Shown piece after piece: positions 25,185 to 38,467 of a stretch of DNA of 64,000 nt. The translations under genes and the position numbers were made by a program. The notes beneath the pieces were generated by a model. It was not told the origin of the DNA. It made no database searches and worked only from the letters and a program-made list of their open reading frames with translations. Numbering within the stretch: position 1 is the first letter of the stretch; each line of letters opens with the position of its first letter. The stretch is from Octopus sinensis (lineage: Eukaryota), in assembly GCF_006345805.1 (NCBI RefSeq), contig NC_042998.1, positions 48,856,001 to 48,920,000 on the forward strand. The letters run 5' to 3'.

Positions 25185-26095
25185 AAGAATTAAGAGATAG
25201 GACCTCCATAAAGTAATTCATTTAATACTGAAAGGTATTATATAAATTTAAATATATAATTATTAACATTTTACTAAAAATTTCTATACTAAATAATATT
25301 CTATAATAATATATATATATATTACAGCGCCATCACAAATATTGGTGTAACCTAGTGCAGTTGTATATACCAAACCATACAAAACAGAATTCCTACTAAA
25401 TCTATAAATGTACTAATGTGCCTCATTAGTAATAATTACATTATATCACTTAATGAAATAGCAATCACAAACAAGTAGCAAAATAACAACTATAATTGGC
25501 ATCATATGCATGACCTTAATGTACTTTGATGTTAACATAGTTTTATGCGGTTATTGTGAACATTCAGCTTTTGGAAACAGTGGAATTTTGAGTAAAGAGA
25601 CAGCAAAACATTTATCCGCAGTCAATTTGGAGTCACCTTCTTATAGTGTTATTTAGTGCAGCCTGCTCACATAACCCTCAAATGGTACCAGTGTGTGTGT
25701 GTGTATCTGTATGTCTCTAGCAGTCTATCTATCTGTCTATTTATCTCTACATATGTATCTATGTATGTAAATGTATTTGTATATAATATATATAGTATAT
25801 ATATATATATACTTTGCGGTGGCACGTAAAAAGCACCCATACACTCACGGATGTGGTGTGCGTTAGGAAGGGCATCCAGCCGTAGAAACACTGCCAGATC
25901 AGACTGGGCCTGATGCAGCCTTCTGGCTCACGACCCCTGTTGAACCGTCCAACCCATGCTAGCATGGAAAGCGGACGCTAAATGATGCGATGTGATGATG
26001 ATGATGATATATATAATATATATATATAACAGCATGTGTACCATTATCGATTTTTTTTCCTCTGTCTTCCCTTCTCTGGATCTTTCCTTTTCCTA

Positions 26096-26131
26096 CGTCT
26101 CTGACGAAGAGCTCCGCTCGAAACGTAAAAC
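26096..26131 (+). ncRNA. Minimal hammerhead motif (family B)
   Basis: CTGACGA(26101)-a-gagc tcc gctc-GAAA(26120)-cg-TA. Palindromic ACGT stem III; stem I gtct/aaac. Confidence 0.7.
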
Positions 26132-26471
26132 CCTCCTTCTTCCTTTCCTTCCTGAGTGTCCAATAATACTATATTTGTTCCACGTCCTCGCGTTGTTGTG
26201 TTTTCCTGTTTGGATTAACTATATATATTATATATATATATGTATGCATGTATGTATGTATGTATATATGTATATATATATATATGTATGATAGAAATAT
26301 TAAAATTACTAAGTCTCTCTAAAAGAGATTACGGCAGCGTTCCTGGAAATTAATAGTTATCGCCATACTAATATGGCATTCTTATGAAAATAAAAAAAAA
26401 CTGTCCGCATATTAGTATGGCGATAACTATATATGTATGTATATATATATATATATGTATGTATATGTAGA

Positions 26472-27150
26472 TATGTTTCTTTATTAGCCACACAGGCTGC
26501 ACACAGATAGAACAAATTCGACAGGTAGAGCTTTTCTTTTGAAGGTATTAAAAAAAAAAAAAAAAAAAAAAAGGAAGGGGGAGGTTCGATCAAAAGGGAT
26601 CGTAAAATGAGAGAAAGAGGACAAAATTAAGGGGGGTTAAAAAAAAAAAAAAGGGGGGGGGGAGAGGAAAAAAAAATGATCAATAGGGATCGTTATCACA
26701 GAATGTCAATATGAATTGTAAGGGGATGACAGGTGGGTTTACCCGTGGAAAGAAAAGCCTGCGGAAAAGACCACGGTAACCTCGGTCAATGAAGTCACAT
26801 TTTATATTTCTTTTTTTTTTTTTTTTTTTTTTTTTTGCCAAATAAGCAACTCTCTGTTTTCGATTTCTGGGTTCATAGGACTATGCTCAAGGTGGCTCGT
26901 CATTAATACGTGCCATTCTTGCTACATTCAACCATCTTTTTTTAAAACATTCGCTAGACAAAACTTGCCTCTCTACTCTCACTTTCTTTTCAAGTGGTAC
27001 TTGAAGAAGTTGATGAGAGATTGACCAGAGAGGAAAGTGTTTGTCTCAATCCTTTCAGACAGACGCGTCCACCAGATACATTCTTTTCCGCCATAGCCAC
27101 AAGGATGATGAAAATAGCTCTTCCTTCCCGTTTGAAGGAAGGAGCGTGAC
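26472..27150 (-). mobile_element. Tx1/L1-clade LINE 3' end
   Basis: Minus-strand IILVAMA..ECIWWTRL..TNTFLSGQSLINFFKYHLKRKVRVERQVLSSECFKKRWLNVARMARIND..LSIVL*, with stop at 26873-26875. The 3' UTR has AATAAA at about 26480-26485, just before TA/CATA repeats. Confidence 0.65.
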
Positions 27151-27184
27151 AATATATGTAGATAGATAGATAGATAGATGATGG

Positions 27185-27270
<86 letters not shown>

Positions 27271-27729
27271 TGCGTGTGTGCATATGATATATATGTGTGG
27301 CAACTGAAGATTATAGTGACTCTGATAATATGAGGCACTAATGAGACTGATATTCTGAATCATTCCCAGTTCCTACATATGTCTGTGTGTGCATTTCTTG
27401 CCCGTGTGTATGTGTGTGCATATACATGCATGCATGCATACATAAATGCATGCATGCATGCATATATACATACATACGTCCATACATACGTACTTACGTA
27501 CATATACGCGTACATACATACACACACACACACATACATACATTCACACATATACATACATGGTGGCTGCCCCCTCGTTATCGAGTATGGCCATTGCACG
27601 AAGCTTAATCAATGTTTTTATTGTGCAATGCCTGTGCAAGAAGATTTTTTTTAAAGTGAGGAAAGGCTGTGCACTGAGTCAATCGCACTCACTAAGCAAC
27701 AGCAGCCATAATCCAAAAAGAAGAACAAG

Positions 27730-28110
27730 TCAACATCATCGGTAACCACTGAGCCGCAGGTTTTATGTTGGAGTTATCCCAGTTACCCAAGTTACCTTCT
27801 CCTAGAAGGATGCCCTAACAAAGGCTAGGAGTCCTTCACTCCCAATGGTTTAACCACGTGATCGGGTATTCAGTCCAATTATTTCTATGTCCCCGCGCAT
27901 GATACAGCCTTAAGACATTTATTGGATGGCCGTTGACTCTCAAGAGTTCCTCCGCCCTTTGACGGGTTTTGTTTTTCATCCCGCAGGGTGTCCAATAAAC
28001 ACCTTCCTCACTAAGCAAGCTTGGTGGGGTTGCTGGTTTAGTCGCCGACGACCTGACCATGCAACAGGTTGTACTGGCTTACATGTTTTCAGTAGCACTC
28101 GAAAGTGACC
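27730..28110 (-). mobile_element. GC-richer LINE 5'-region-like fragment (possibly RTE)
   Basis: CpG-containing, non-simple sequence with catccttctaggagaaggtaac on the minus strand, a motif I associate with RTE 5' regions. No diagnostic protein motif. Confidence 0.3.
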
Positions 28111-28299
28111 TGACATACATACATACATACATGACCATACACATCCGTTTGAGATCAATAACATAAAGTACTGATGTTGATTTCGACAACCAATTCCTTT
28201 TAACTGAAACTGTACCACCTGTGCCCAAATCTGAAGCAATTATTTTAAAATGTTGCGTGCATGGTCTTCTTGATACGTAATATTTGTGTGCATGAACAA

Positions 28300-28520
28300 C
28301 GCAGCAAAACTAAGCTGAATGAGAAAGTAAGTATAAGTGACATCAGATACAGTGTGCAAGAGAAGACAATGGCACTGGTCTAGACATGTGATGTGTATAC
28401 ACAATGTCAACTAGATAAGAAAGTTCTGAATTTCTGAAGCAGAAATCTGAAGAAGACGTGGGAAGAAGTGGTGAAGGCTGATTTCACGAGAAAGAATTGA
28501 GGATGTCAGTAAAAACCTGC
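28300..28520 (+). mobile_element. RTE LINE 3' fragment
   Basis: Similar to the 49.2-49.5 kb RTE region (gtgtgcaagagaag..gaagaagacgtgggaagaagtggtgaag, KKTWEEVV-like). Confidence 0.5.
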
Positions 28521-28619
28521 TTTACTTATTCTAACATGGATAAACATGCGTAAAATGATGATAATGATGACAATGCCACTGCCAACGGCAGCAACAATGA
28601 CTTTGATGACAATGATGAA

Positions 28620-29062
28620 GATGGTGGTGGTGGTGGTGGTGGTGGTGGCGTGGTGGTGGTGGTGGTGGTGGTGGCGGTGGTGGTGGTGGTGGTGGTGGTG
28701 GCGGTGGTGGCGGTGGTGGTGGTGGTGGCGGTGGTGACGGCGGTGGTGGCGGTGGTGGTGGCGGCGGTGGTGACGGTGGTGGTGGTGGTGGTGGTGGTGG
28801 TGGCGGTGGCGGTGGTGGTGGTGGTGGTGGTGGTGGTGGCGGTGGCGGTGGCGGTGGCGGCGGCGGCGGTGGTGGTGGTGATGGTGGTGGTGACGGTGGT
28901 GACGGTAGTGGTGGTGGTGACGGTGGTGGTGGTGGTGGTGGTGGTGGTGGTGTTGACAGTTGCTTTAACAGCTGTGGTGGTGGCAGTAGGGGCAGTAGCA
29001 GCAGTTGTAACAACATCAATGATGACAATAATGATGGTGATGATGATGATGATGATGATGAT
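28620..29062. repeat. Long (GGT/GGC)n tract followed by (GAT)n
   Basis: Directly visible; source of the poly-V, poly-P and poly-T ORFs. Confidence 0.95.
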
Positions 29063-30939
29063 GAAGGTCAGGAAAATGAGATGCAGCAAAAGAGCAAGGA
29101 AGACATGCTACTGTCACATATTCCTTTATTTACAATATTACTGAAGATGACAGTCCACCAAAATGTTCTGGAAGTGTACGAAGCAAACATAAATGAATTC
29201 CTACCTACTTACACATGCACGCACACACACTCACACACATGCACACACACACACTCACAAACACACACATGCATAGAAAGAAATGGTTTTAGCTTCAGCT
29301 TTAAAACAACATTATTATATTCAGTGAGCTAGATAAAGCACGAAATGTATTTGATAACATTGTCTCTACAGGAAGAAAAACTAGTTCTTATGATTCACTG
29401 ACTCAAAATTTGTGTGTCTAAAACTAAAATACCAGGAGTTAATAATTGCTGTAGTAATTGTTGCCGAAGTTATTGTCCTTGTATACGTTAAAATGCTATT
29501 GTTAAAATGTGTATTGCATGCAGGTTAACACAATCAATGCTTGTCATTGATTATTAAACAAATCAACATTGAAGCCAAGTGTTAATTTTCAGCTACAACG
29601 GTCAATTAATAATCATTAGGTCGTCAGTCCAGATTCTCATGTCGATGTCCTGAGAATTCAGTGGAGACTGGTAATATAGAGTGATGTTGGTTGGCTCCAC
29701 ATCAATGAAATAAATGAAATAATAGCTAGAAATGGTGGGCAGAAATTGAAAAGAATGTTGCAACAAGTTGTTTACAATGAACCACATTAATATTTTCAAA
29801 GTGACTATTGATTGGTTAATTGATTGATTGATAGATTTCAAAGCTGAAGTTCTGAGAAGAATGGCTGGAGCACTAATTTTTAAGCATGACTTGAATTCAA
29901 ATAATAATGTGATGGTGGTGGTAGGCAGTGGTAATGATGGTGGTGGTGCTGGTGCTGGTGGTGGCAGTGGTGGTGGTGGTGGTGCTGGTGGTGCTGGTGG
30001 TGGTAGTGATGGTGGTAGTCCTTCTTTTCTTGGTGGATCCTTGGAAGAATTAAAGGTTAGCAGTACAGATTAAGGAAACCCCTCATCAGGTCATGTACCT
30101 GTTAAATTGACTGACAGGCACTCTCTCTGTCAGTTATGATGATGATGGTTCCAGCTAATCGAATCAATGGAACAACCTGCTCTTCAAATTAATGTGCAAG
30201 CAACTGATCACTCCACAGACACACATTCCCTTCATGTAGTTCTCAGGGAGATTCAGCGTGACACAAAATGTCATAAGGCTGGCCCTTTAATATATAGGTT
30301 CTACTCACTTTTGCCAGCTGAGTGGACTAGAGCAACATGAAATAAAGTGTCTTGCTCAAGGACACAATGCATCACTGGGAATTGAGCTCATGACCTTATG
30401 ATCATGCATCAAATACCCTAACCACTAAGCCATGTACCTTCACATCTGTTAATTATCACAAGGAACAATGCCTCCAGAAAAATGAGCATTTTTATACAGC
30501 TAGATATTTTACATCTTTACCAAGAATTTTTCTCTTGGAGCACAATGCAAAACTGATAACAGGATTGAATCAAAAACCAATAATCATTTAATCAGAAGGT
30601 CAAATATTGTAAAAAAATGCAAATGTGACCTAGGGTCCAAATCTTATAAAGACTGGTGCTTAGCTACAGTTTCTTGGTATTGAACAAATGTGAGAGAATC
30701 ACTTTTTGAAAAGGGTACCCAGTTTACTTCAAGTAACACTTGTAGAAAATCTAGTTCCAGTTTTAAAAGCTGGGTGAAGTGACCTGAAAAAGTAAAGATA
30801 CTCTGTAAAGTTGCTGGTTTTATGAAGGGTATCCAGCTGCAGAAACTATGCCGAAGAAGATATTGGTGCTTGGTGATGTCCCTTGACTTGCTGGCTCCTG
30901 TCAAACTGTCCAAGACATACCAGTATGAAAACATATTAA

Positions 30940-31280
30940 ATGTTGGTGGTGGTGATAGTGGCGGCGGTGGCAGTGGAAGTGGCAGCGGTGGCATCAGCAG
31001 TAGTGGCGGCAGCGGCGGCTGCAGCGGAAGCAACGGCGGCGGAAGCGACTGCAGCGGCAGCTGCGACGGCGGCTGCGGCAGCAGCGGAAGTGGACGTAGC
31101 AGAGGCAGCGGCGTTAGTGGTGGCAAGGGGTGGAGGAAGAAGACGACGAGGAGGAGAATGAGGAGGCCGAGGAGGAAGAGGATGAGGCCGACAAGGAGGA
31201 GAATGAGGAGGCCGAGGAGGAAGAGGACGAGGAGGAAGAAGATGAGGACGAGGAGGAGGACGAGGACGAGGAAGAGGAAT
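30940..31280. repeat. (GGC/AGC)n then (GAG)n low-complexity tract
   Basis: Directly visible. Confidence 0.9.
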
Positions 31281-31751
31281 ATAAGCTGTGGATTTGACTT
31301 GAGGATCTACAATAACTTCTGTGCTTATTTAGCTATTTCATTTTTTACATCTTCTGCAGTACTCAAAGTGGAAAAAAATTTTCTGCAAATATTATTTTGC
31401 TAAAACTTTTCTTCTAAAATAATTACTAATCTCATTCATATTTATAGATCGTTCAACTAATAAATATTAATGAATTCTTAAGTAACAAAGAAACCAGCCA
31501 ATTTGCTTCTCATTCCAATATATTAAAATGGTCTGGGAATAATTTCAGTTGAATGCTTAAGGTCACAAAACAATCAATGACAAAGTGCACCTATTGTTAA
31601 CAAGTAATGAAATGTACCTCCCTGTTATACTTATTAACAGCTCAAGCCAGTGGAGGAAGTTTTTTATCAAGTATGGACAACTTTTGTCAAAAGCAGGCTA
31701 CATGAAACGTGACTTATCATCAAACAGGTTGTACCAGTAAAAGCAATTTAA

Positions 31752-31971
31752 CCCCTTAGTATTCAGATTACTATGTCAAATGTAATCCCTATTTATTCAC
31801 ATTGTTTTGAATTAATCATGCATTATCTTGTAGCTTTGAGATTTCTTTGATGTGATTGTATATTTGTACAATGATATTGTACAGTAGATGTGAGAGGCTG
31901 GATGCAGCTGGTTTAAACATGAAACAGTCAGAATATTTTGGCCAGATTTTGCTGGTTTAAATACCAAAGAG
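31752..31971. mobile_element. piggyBac-like MITE
   Basis: ttaa|ccccttagtattcag at the left end and aataccaaagag|ttag at the right end: a degenerate TTAA target and CCC..GGG-type termini. Confidence 0.45.
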
Positions 31972-33562
31972 TTAGAGTAATTTTTTTGTTAGGCAAACCA
32001 TTTGGTAAGTCCCATAAGCTATAGACTGCTCATGACTGCTCTATGCAGTCACACATCTAATAAGAAATAGTAGTCAAATTTCATTCAATTCACACTCTGC
32101 CATCTTAAAAAAAAATGACAAATTGCAATGCAAAAAGTTGTAATAATTATAACTAGAATGCTTTTGATGATAGGTCTGCTTAAACAGAACTGACCTAGAT
32201 CTAAACAATAACCTATTAAAGATTAACTGTATCCTTGAGAAGGAAGTGCTTTAGCAGAGGAACAGTGTGGTGTTAATGATTAGATAGAAGCCCTTAACCC
32301 TTTTACTAGTAAGGCCAGTTGTGATTCTAAATACATAGTTGATACTGAAATATTTAAGCAGTTATTTTGATGCCATAAGTCTGCTTGTGCAGAGGTGACC
32401 AGAAATTTTTAAGAAAAGCAACAACAACAACAACACTTGAGGTATTTGAATGTAAAATGACTCAACATTCTTTAGTTCTGCTTCTTTCAAAGAATAGATG
32501 TAAAACTAATTAAAAACAAATCTCTGGAAAATATTTTTTTCATATCATGTGATGAATGCTGCAGTAATCTCTATATAAATACCACTACAGTCATTTGAGA
32601 CCATTTGAGAGCTTGCATATGTTATAGCCATAGAAAAATATAAAATGTACCACCTTCTTATTTAGACCCTTAATATATATTGTACACACACAAAAATAAA
32701 ACATGGAATAACTATAGCAACAACTGAAGAATTCTGTAATTCTCACTGTGAATGGAATATTTAGCATCTAGCCAAATTCAAATTCAGGCAAAGAAGGACA
32801 ATTGAGAAAATTTTGGGAATATAATTTATGACAACCCAATTTACACCTTTTCCATTTCCTCTTTCTTCTTTCTTTTTTTATTTTATTTTTCTTTTACTAT
32901 CTCTTATAGCAGTTTTGCCTCTAGTTCCAATAAATCAGTGTGACTTCTTATTTAATTATTCCTGATAGATGTTCTGAATGTTAATGAGATATATCTTCAA
33001 GAGAAATTTTCCTTGCCAAATATACACATGTATGTACTCATGAGTGCTTTGCCATCAATTGCATATGTGGAATGAATATATTTCTGTCATTATTAAATCT
33101 ATGCTAAGCTTACAAAGGTTATTGGCATAATACAATGCAAAGAGAAAATTTTCTTTTGTAATATACACAAAACTTGTAACAATAAAATGAAGTAATAATG
33201 CTGTTAGTTAATTAGAAGCGGTTAATAAAAGCAAAAGAAATTAATAAAAAATAATCAATATAAAGAGAACAATACACTCAGTTAATTCATTTACTTTTGT
33301 TTTTACTTCTACTGGTTTCAGCCAGAAGTTGTGTCCATGTTCAGGATTGTCTTTAGTACAATTGGTACATTATTTCACAATTGGTTTTCATTTCAGTTCT
33401 TGGCTCTGTCTGTCCAGAGCTGTTTCCGGTAAGGTAGTGAATTGGACAGAGCTGCTCTTCTTTATATTTCCTGCAGCAATATGGGTTCATTTGGTGCCTC
33501 AAATAAGAATTTGTTTAAATGTTGTTTTACAGCATATTGAAAAAAAGTTGTGTATATGCATA

Positions 33563-34774
33563 TTGGGTCATCCCATAAATAATGCAGTTTATTTATACTT
33601 TTATTTTTCAAAATTAAGATGAGGTTGTTTTTAATCTAAAATATACTCTCCTTCATTTTCTACAATTCTCTTCCATCTATCTGGTAGACTTGCAAAGCCC
33701 CTCTTCCAATATTCATTTGTCCATAATGAAAAATATTCTTCCAATACTGTTCTGACCTCGTCTACAGAATTCATATTTTTTCCATCCAAATGATTTTGAA
33801 GTCTGTGGAATAAATGATAATCAGATGGGCAATGTCCAGCAAATATGTTTGGTGGGGCACCGTTTCCCATTCAAACTGCTCCAGCCTTTGGAATGTCATC
33901 CTTGCTGTATGTGACCGAACATTATCCTGATGGAAGAACACCTTTCGTCTTGAAACCAAAGATGGTCATTTTTCTTTTAGTGCTGACTTAAGCCACTCAA
34001 GCTGCTTGCAATAGATCTCCTTTGTTATTGTTTGGTTTGGGTTTAAAAGTTCAAAGTGGACTAAATCTTTCATATCCCACCAAAAATATAACAACACCTT
34101 ACATGGTTGAGGACCTTCTTTAGCCTGCAGAGCTGATGTTTCTCCTTTCCCTACCCACTGTCTTTAGTGATTGACATTTTTATAGGAAACCTATTTCCCA
34201 TCACCAGTCACTATTCGGTCCAAAAAATGGTCATGCAACATGACAGCACAGAAGAGCACACATTCACTCTCTGTGCCTGATTAGACATGGAAAGCTTGTG
34301 AGGAACTCAATGACCCAATTTGCTGACTTTTCCGATGTTACACAGGTGTTGATGAATGGCTGAATGACCAAATCCAAGCTTTTCTGCTAATTCCTCAACA
34401 ATTACAATGGGATCTTTGTTTCACCAGGATTTACAGGATGTCTTCGTTGATCTTTCAGGACAAGGCTTGTCTTCTAGGCTGCTGTTTCCAGCTTGGAATT
34501 TCTGGAACCAACATTGACACTGGCTTATGTTTATTGTCCAATCCCCATAGACTACATTGATATTCCTTGCATTTTCCACTGCTGAATATGCAACTTTGTC
34601 ACTTCCATTATAGCTTTGAAAAATAACTGTTAAAATCGAACTGCCCTCTTCAAAACTTGCAAGGTAAAATTACAACCTGCTTTACAGCAAGTTGATGCCG
34701 GCAGTTTATCTCGTCCTCCTCCAACTTTTTGGTCAGGCAGTTGAAAAAACTGCATTATTTATGGGATGACCTGT
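33563..34774 (-). mobile_element. Mariner (DD34D-type) DNA transposon, near full length, transposase disrupted
   Basis: TIRs ttgggtcatcccataaataatgcag (33563) and ctgcattatttatgggatgacc (34750-34771), with TA to the left. Minus-strand peptides VPHKLS, FLDRIVTGD, FHQDNVRSHT, PSDYHLF, LPDRWKRIVENEGEYILD (ORFs 33631-33870 and 33771-33959). Confidence 0.92.
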
Positions 34775-35274
34775 CACATAGTCAGGTCATCAGCAACTAA
34801 ACTGGCAACCCTACCACATGTCAGTTGTGGCAATAGTCATCCAACTGCTGGGAGTGAGAAACCCCTAGTGTTTGTTTTGACATCTCTTTAGGAAAAGAAC
34901 AACTCTGATCTAACACCTAAAATTGCATTTGTATCCAATGATGTAGACTACAAGTTCTTTTTGGAAAAATGCATACATTGTTTAGAGAATGAGGTTGGAC
35001 CAGTGCAAAGCCTTTCCTCACTTTCAAAAGTTTCGGGCATTTTTAAGGTTCTGCTATGTGTTGCATGCTATAGCAGGCTGTAGACAAGAATGGCAGAATG
35101 CTCATTGAAAAATTTCATGTCAGAATGAAGACATATGTCAGCATATGTAAGATCTCTGAACACCTGCAAGAAGTGCCCATGATTTCCACATCAGTGTTGC
35201 TCATGGTTAAAAACCCAATCAAGTTATGGAATTGCTCAAAGTCGAGATGAAGCCATGTCATACATTGCACTCAC

Positions 35275-35314
35275 CTTTGAGTGCTCTGTTTCATATAGCA
35301 GAAACTGCTGTAAG
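35275..35314 (-). CDS. Candidate short exon
   Basis: Consensus donor AAG|gtgagt at 35274. Several possible acceptors (35314, 35307, 35304); about 70-80 nt intron to the 35385 exon. Confidence 0.3.
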
Positions 35315-35384
35315 CTAATGAAAGTGATTACATAACTCCTATTCTTTTAGCCATTCATTAATTAAAATAACACTCTGTACTTAC

Positions 35385-35420
35385 CTGATGCTTTACTCTG
35401 AAGCATAACTGTATTGAATT
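35385..35420 (-). CDS. Candidate 36-nt exon
   Basis: Acceptor ccagttttcag| and consensus donor CAG|gtaagt. Open in more than one frame, so the peptide is uncertain. Confidence 0.4.
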
Positions 35421-36049
35421 CTGAAAACTGGTTATTAGTATTGCCATGCCTAAGTGAAATCATAAAGTATATCTTTTAGTAATGTGTAGGCATCAGTAAA
35501 TAAACCGAAAAATTGGTGCTTTCAAATATAAATACACTGCATGGTATTAATTCTACAAAAGATATGCAGACAATGAACAGACAATGACTTGTCACTCTCA
35601 TCTTCAGAAATGCATTGAAACAGTGATTGGTTTATTGAAAACCTGTAATCAATGGTGCTATTGTTGATGTGAAATATTTTTAAAGAAACAGATAAAAGCA
35701 AATTTAAAAAAAAAAACGTTTGGCAACAAATGGCTTCTCTCTGTATAGACAAAGCTGATTACATGAAGTTATGTTTATGCAGTGGTGTATGATGGTACAA
35801 CATAAACAGTGAGTGTATGATTCGTTATATTAGCATGCATGCAGTGAAGACAACTCCAAAGGTTTTGGAATGTACTGTATGTGGCGAACAGAAAGGTGCA
35901 TTAGATTTGCGATGGAAGATATCTTCAGTAAATGTAGATAAAAGCTTGAGAAATAGTAGATAGATCAGATTCTAGAGCAAACAATAAGTCATGCACATGT
36001 GATGCATTATATATTGTTGATATAATCTAGACAAAGCATTATTATGATG

Positions 36050-36081
<32 letters not shown>

Positions 36082-36289
36082 GGTAACGAGGTGGTAGATT
36101 TGTTATCATGCCAGACAAAATCCATAGTAGTATTTTGTCCATCTTTATGTTCTGAATTCAAATTCTTCCAAAGTTGACTTTTCTTTTCATCCTTACAGGG
36201 TCAATACAATAAGTACCTGTTGAGTACTGGAGTGAATGTAATCAACTTATTATTACTGGCCTTGTACCAAAATTTCAAAATCATTATTA

Positions 36290-36601
36290 TTTTCATTTGG
36301 CTCAGGTACAGTCTTATTGCTGGTAGGAATTATGTGGATAGTGGGTTACTGCCTGTAACCTTAGATATCCACAAGTTTTCAGAAGTCTTTCAAGTGCTTA
36401 GAACTCTCCTGATAATCCTTGTTGTCCCTAAGAGACAAACTTTCTGTAGGAGCTCTGCAGGGCATTCTATTCCAATCTCCTTCAGCCATTTGTCTATATC
36501 TTGGCTTACTGTTCCCAATGCACCAACTATTATAGACATGGCCTTTACTATTCACATACAGCAAATTCTTCCTATTTCAAATTTTATGGGATTGTATTTC
36601 C

Positions 36602-36602
<1 letters not shown>
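36290..36602 (-). mobile_element. Restriction-like-endonuclease (R4/Dong/NeSL-type) LINE 3' fragment inside (AAT)n
   Basis: Minus-strand KYNPIKFEIGRICCM*IVKAMSIIVGALGTVSQDIDKWLKEIGIECPAELLQKVCLLGTTRIIRRVLST*, the KY..VGALG..LLGT C-terminus of RLE LINEs. (ATT)n lies at 36603-36678 and a short att run lies at the other end. Confidence 0.85.
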
Positions 36603-36651
<49 letters not shown>

Positions 36652-36894
36652 TATATTATTATTATTATTATTATTATAAGGTAGCTGGCAGAATTGTTAG
36701 CACACTGGACAAAATGCTTTAATGGCATTTCATGTCTTTCCATGCTTTGTTCTAATTCCACCATGGTTAAATTTGCCTTTTATCCTTTCAAGGGTCAATG
36801 AAATAAGTACCAAAGTACCAGTTGAACACTGGGGGAAGGTAATCAACTAGTCCTCTCCCCCAAAATTTCAGACTCTGTGCCTATAGTAGAAAGT

Positions 36895-36986
<92 letters not shown>

Positions 36987-37231
36987 CATTATTATTATTA
37001 TTATTATTAATATTATAATCATTATGAGCTGGCAGAACCGTTAGCATACCATTCAAAAAAGCTTAACAGCATTTCATCCATCTTTATGCTCAAGGTTCAA
37101 ATTCTGCCAAGGTCAACTTTGCGTTTCATTCTTTTGGAGTCGATAAAATAAATAGCAGTTTAACACTGGGGTTGATGTAATTAACTTGCCCCATCTCCCA
37201 AAATTGCTGAGCTTGTACCAAAATTGAAAAC

Positions 37232-37267
<36 letters not shown>

Positions 37268-38467
37268 CATTGTGTACCTATATAGAATTACTCATTGTAT
37301 TTAATCTCCTCCGATTCTTATATATGCAGCGTGTGTGCATGTGTATGTGTGTTTGTATGTGTTACGTTCTATATATTGTTTTTAATTCATTGCTGTATTA
37401 AGTTTTCTTTTGAATTTTATTTGGATTTTTCTTTTTATCTACCTATTTTAGATTTTCTCCTAATTTGCTTTTTTTTTTGTTATTAGATGTCTATTACCTA
37501 ATGTATTTCATAGAATATTTCTTATTAGTTGCATGAATTCCTTGATAAAACATTTACAAGGCTTTTAAGCAGCTTTGTTTCATTTGTTTTGTATGCTGGG
37601 GAGAAAGAAAGAGAAAGAGAAAAAGTGAGAGAGAGAGAGTAAGACAAGGAAAAAGTATAAGTGCTTGCACATGTATGTTTGTGCATGTGCACCTGTGTTT
37701 GTTTGTGTGTGTTTGTATATCTTATTTCTGTATATATGTGTGTGTTTGTGAGTATGTGTTGCTCTTCTGTAGCTAACAGTAGGATCCAATTGTCATTTCA
37801 CTTGCACTATTATACCAACAGCAAGTAGTTGCATTCATTGTAACTATTCCAGTTCAGATAGCCTAGCTGTAGTATATATAAACCTCATATAAGTGAAGAA
37901 AAAAATTTAAAAAAGCAAATACAATAAAATAAAATAAAATATAACAATATACGCATCCACACCATTCAGCCATTCAGGCAAGCACATACTGCACTAAGTA
38001 TGCATATGCATATAGTGCATATGTGCACAGTTGCAGGTCCATATCTAACATACAGATGTATATATCTCTATCGTATGTATGTGTATGTATGTGTATGCAT
38101 ATATATATATATATATATATACGCACATTGTATATATACACATATTGTATACATACACACACATATATATACAGCTGCATACATACATATATATATAGTT
38201 AAAGAGCAAAATTACCCAGATAATATTAAATATTTAAAGAGCTGTATACAACCTATTAACACCAGTAAATTCACTGCCATGCACAAATTCAGTCTGTCTC
38301 ATACAGATTATGAACTAACTATCTATTGATCTTCCTCCAGATTTCAACTAGATGTTTCTTACACATTTTGTAAAGGAGTGACTAAATATTGTGCTGTTCA
38401 TACATAAACAATGACCTTGGTGAAAGCTAAAGGAAAGAGTTCTATGAATAGAAACCAGATTGCTTAC

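Noticed and set aside
28526-29144. Poly-Thr, poly-Pro and poly-Val ORFs (mucin- or extensin-like)
   Set aside because: These are alternative frames of one (GGT)n tract.
30822-31403. Protamine-like Gly/Arg-rich ORF
   Set aside because: The N-terminus is an antisense S2 repeat and the rest is GGC/GAG trinucleotide sequence that reads poly-Glu in another frame; there is no splice or context support.
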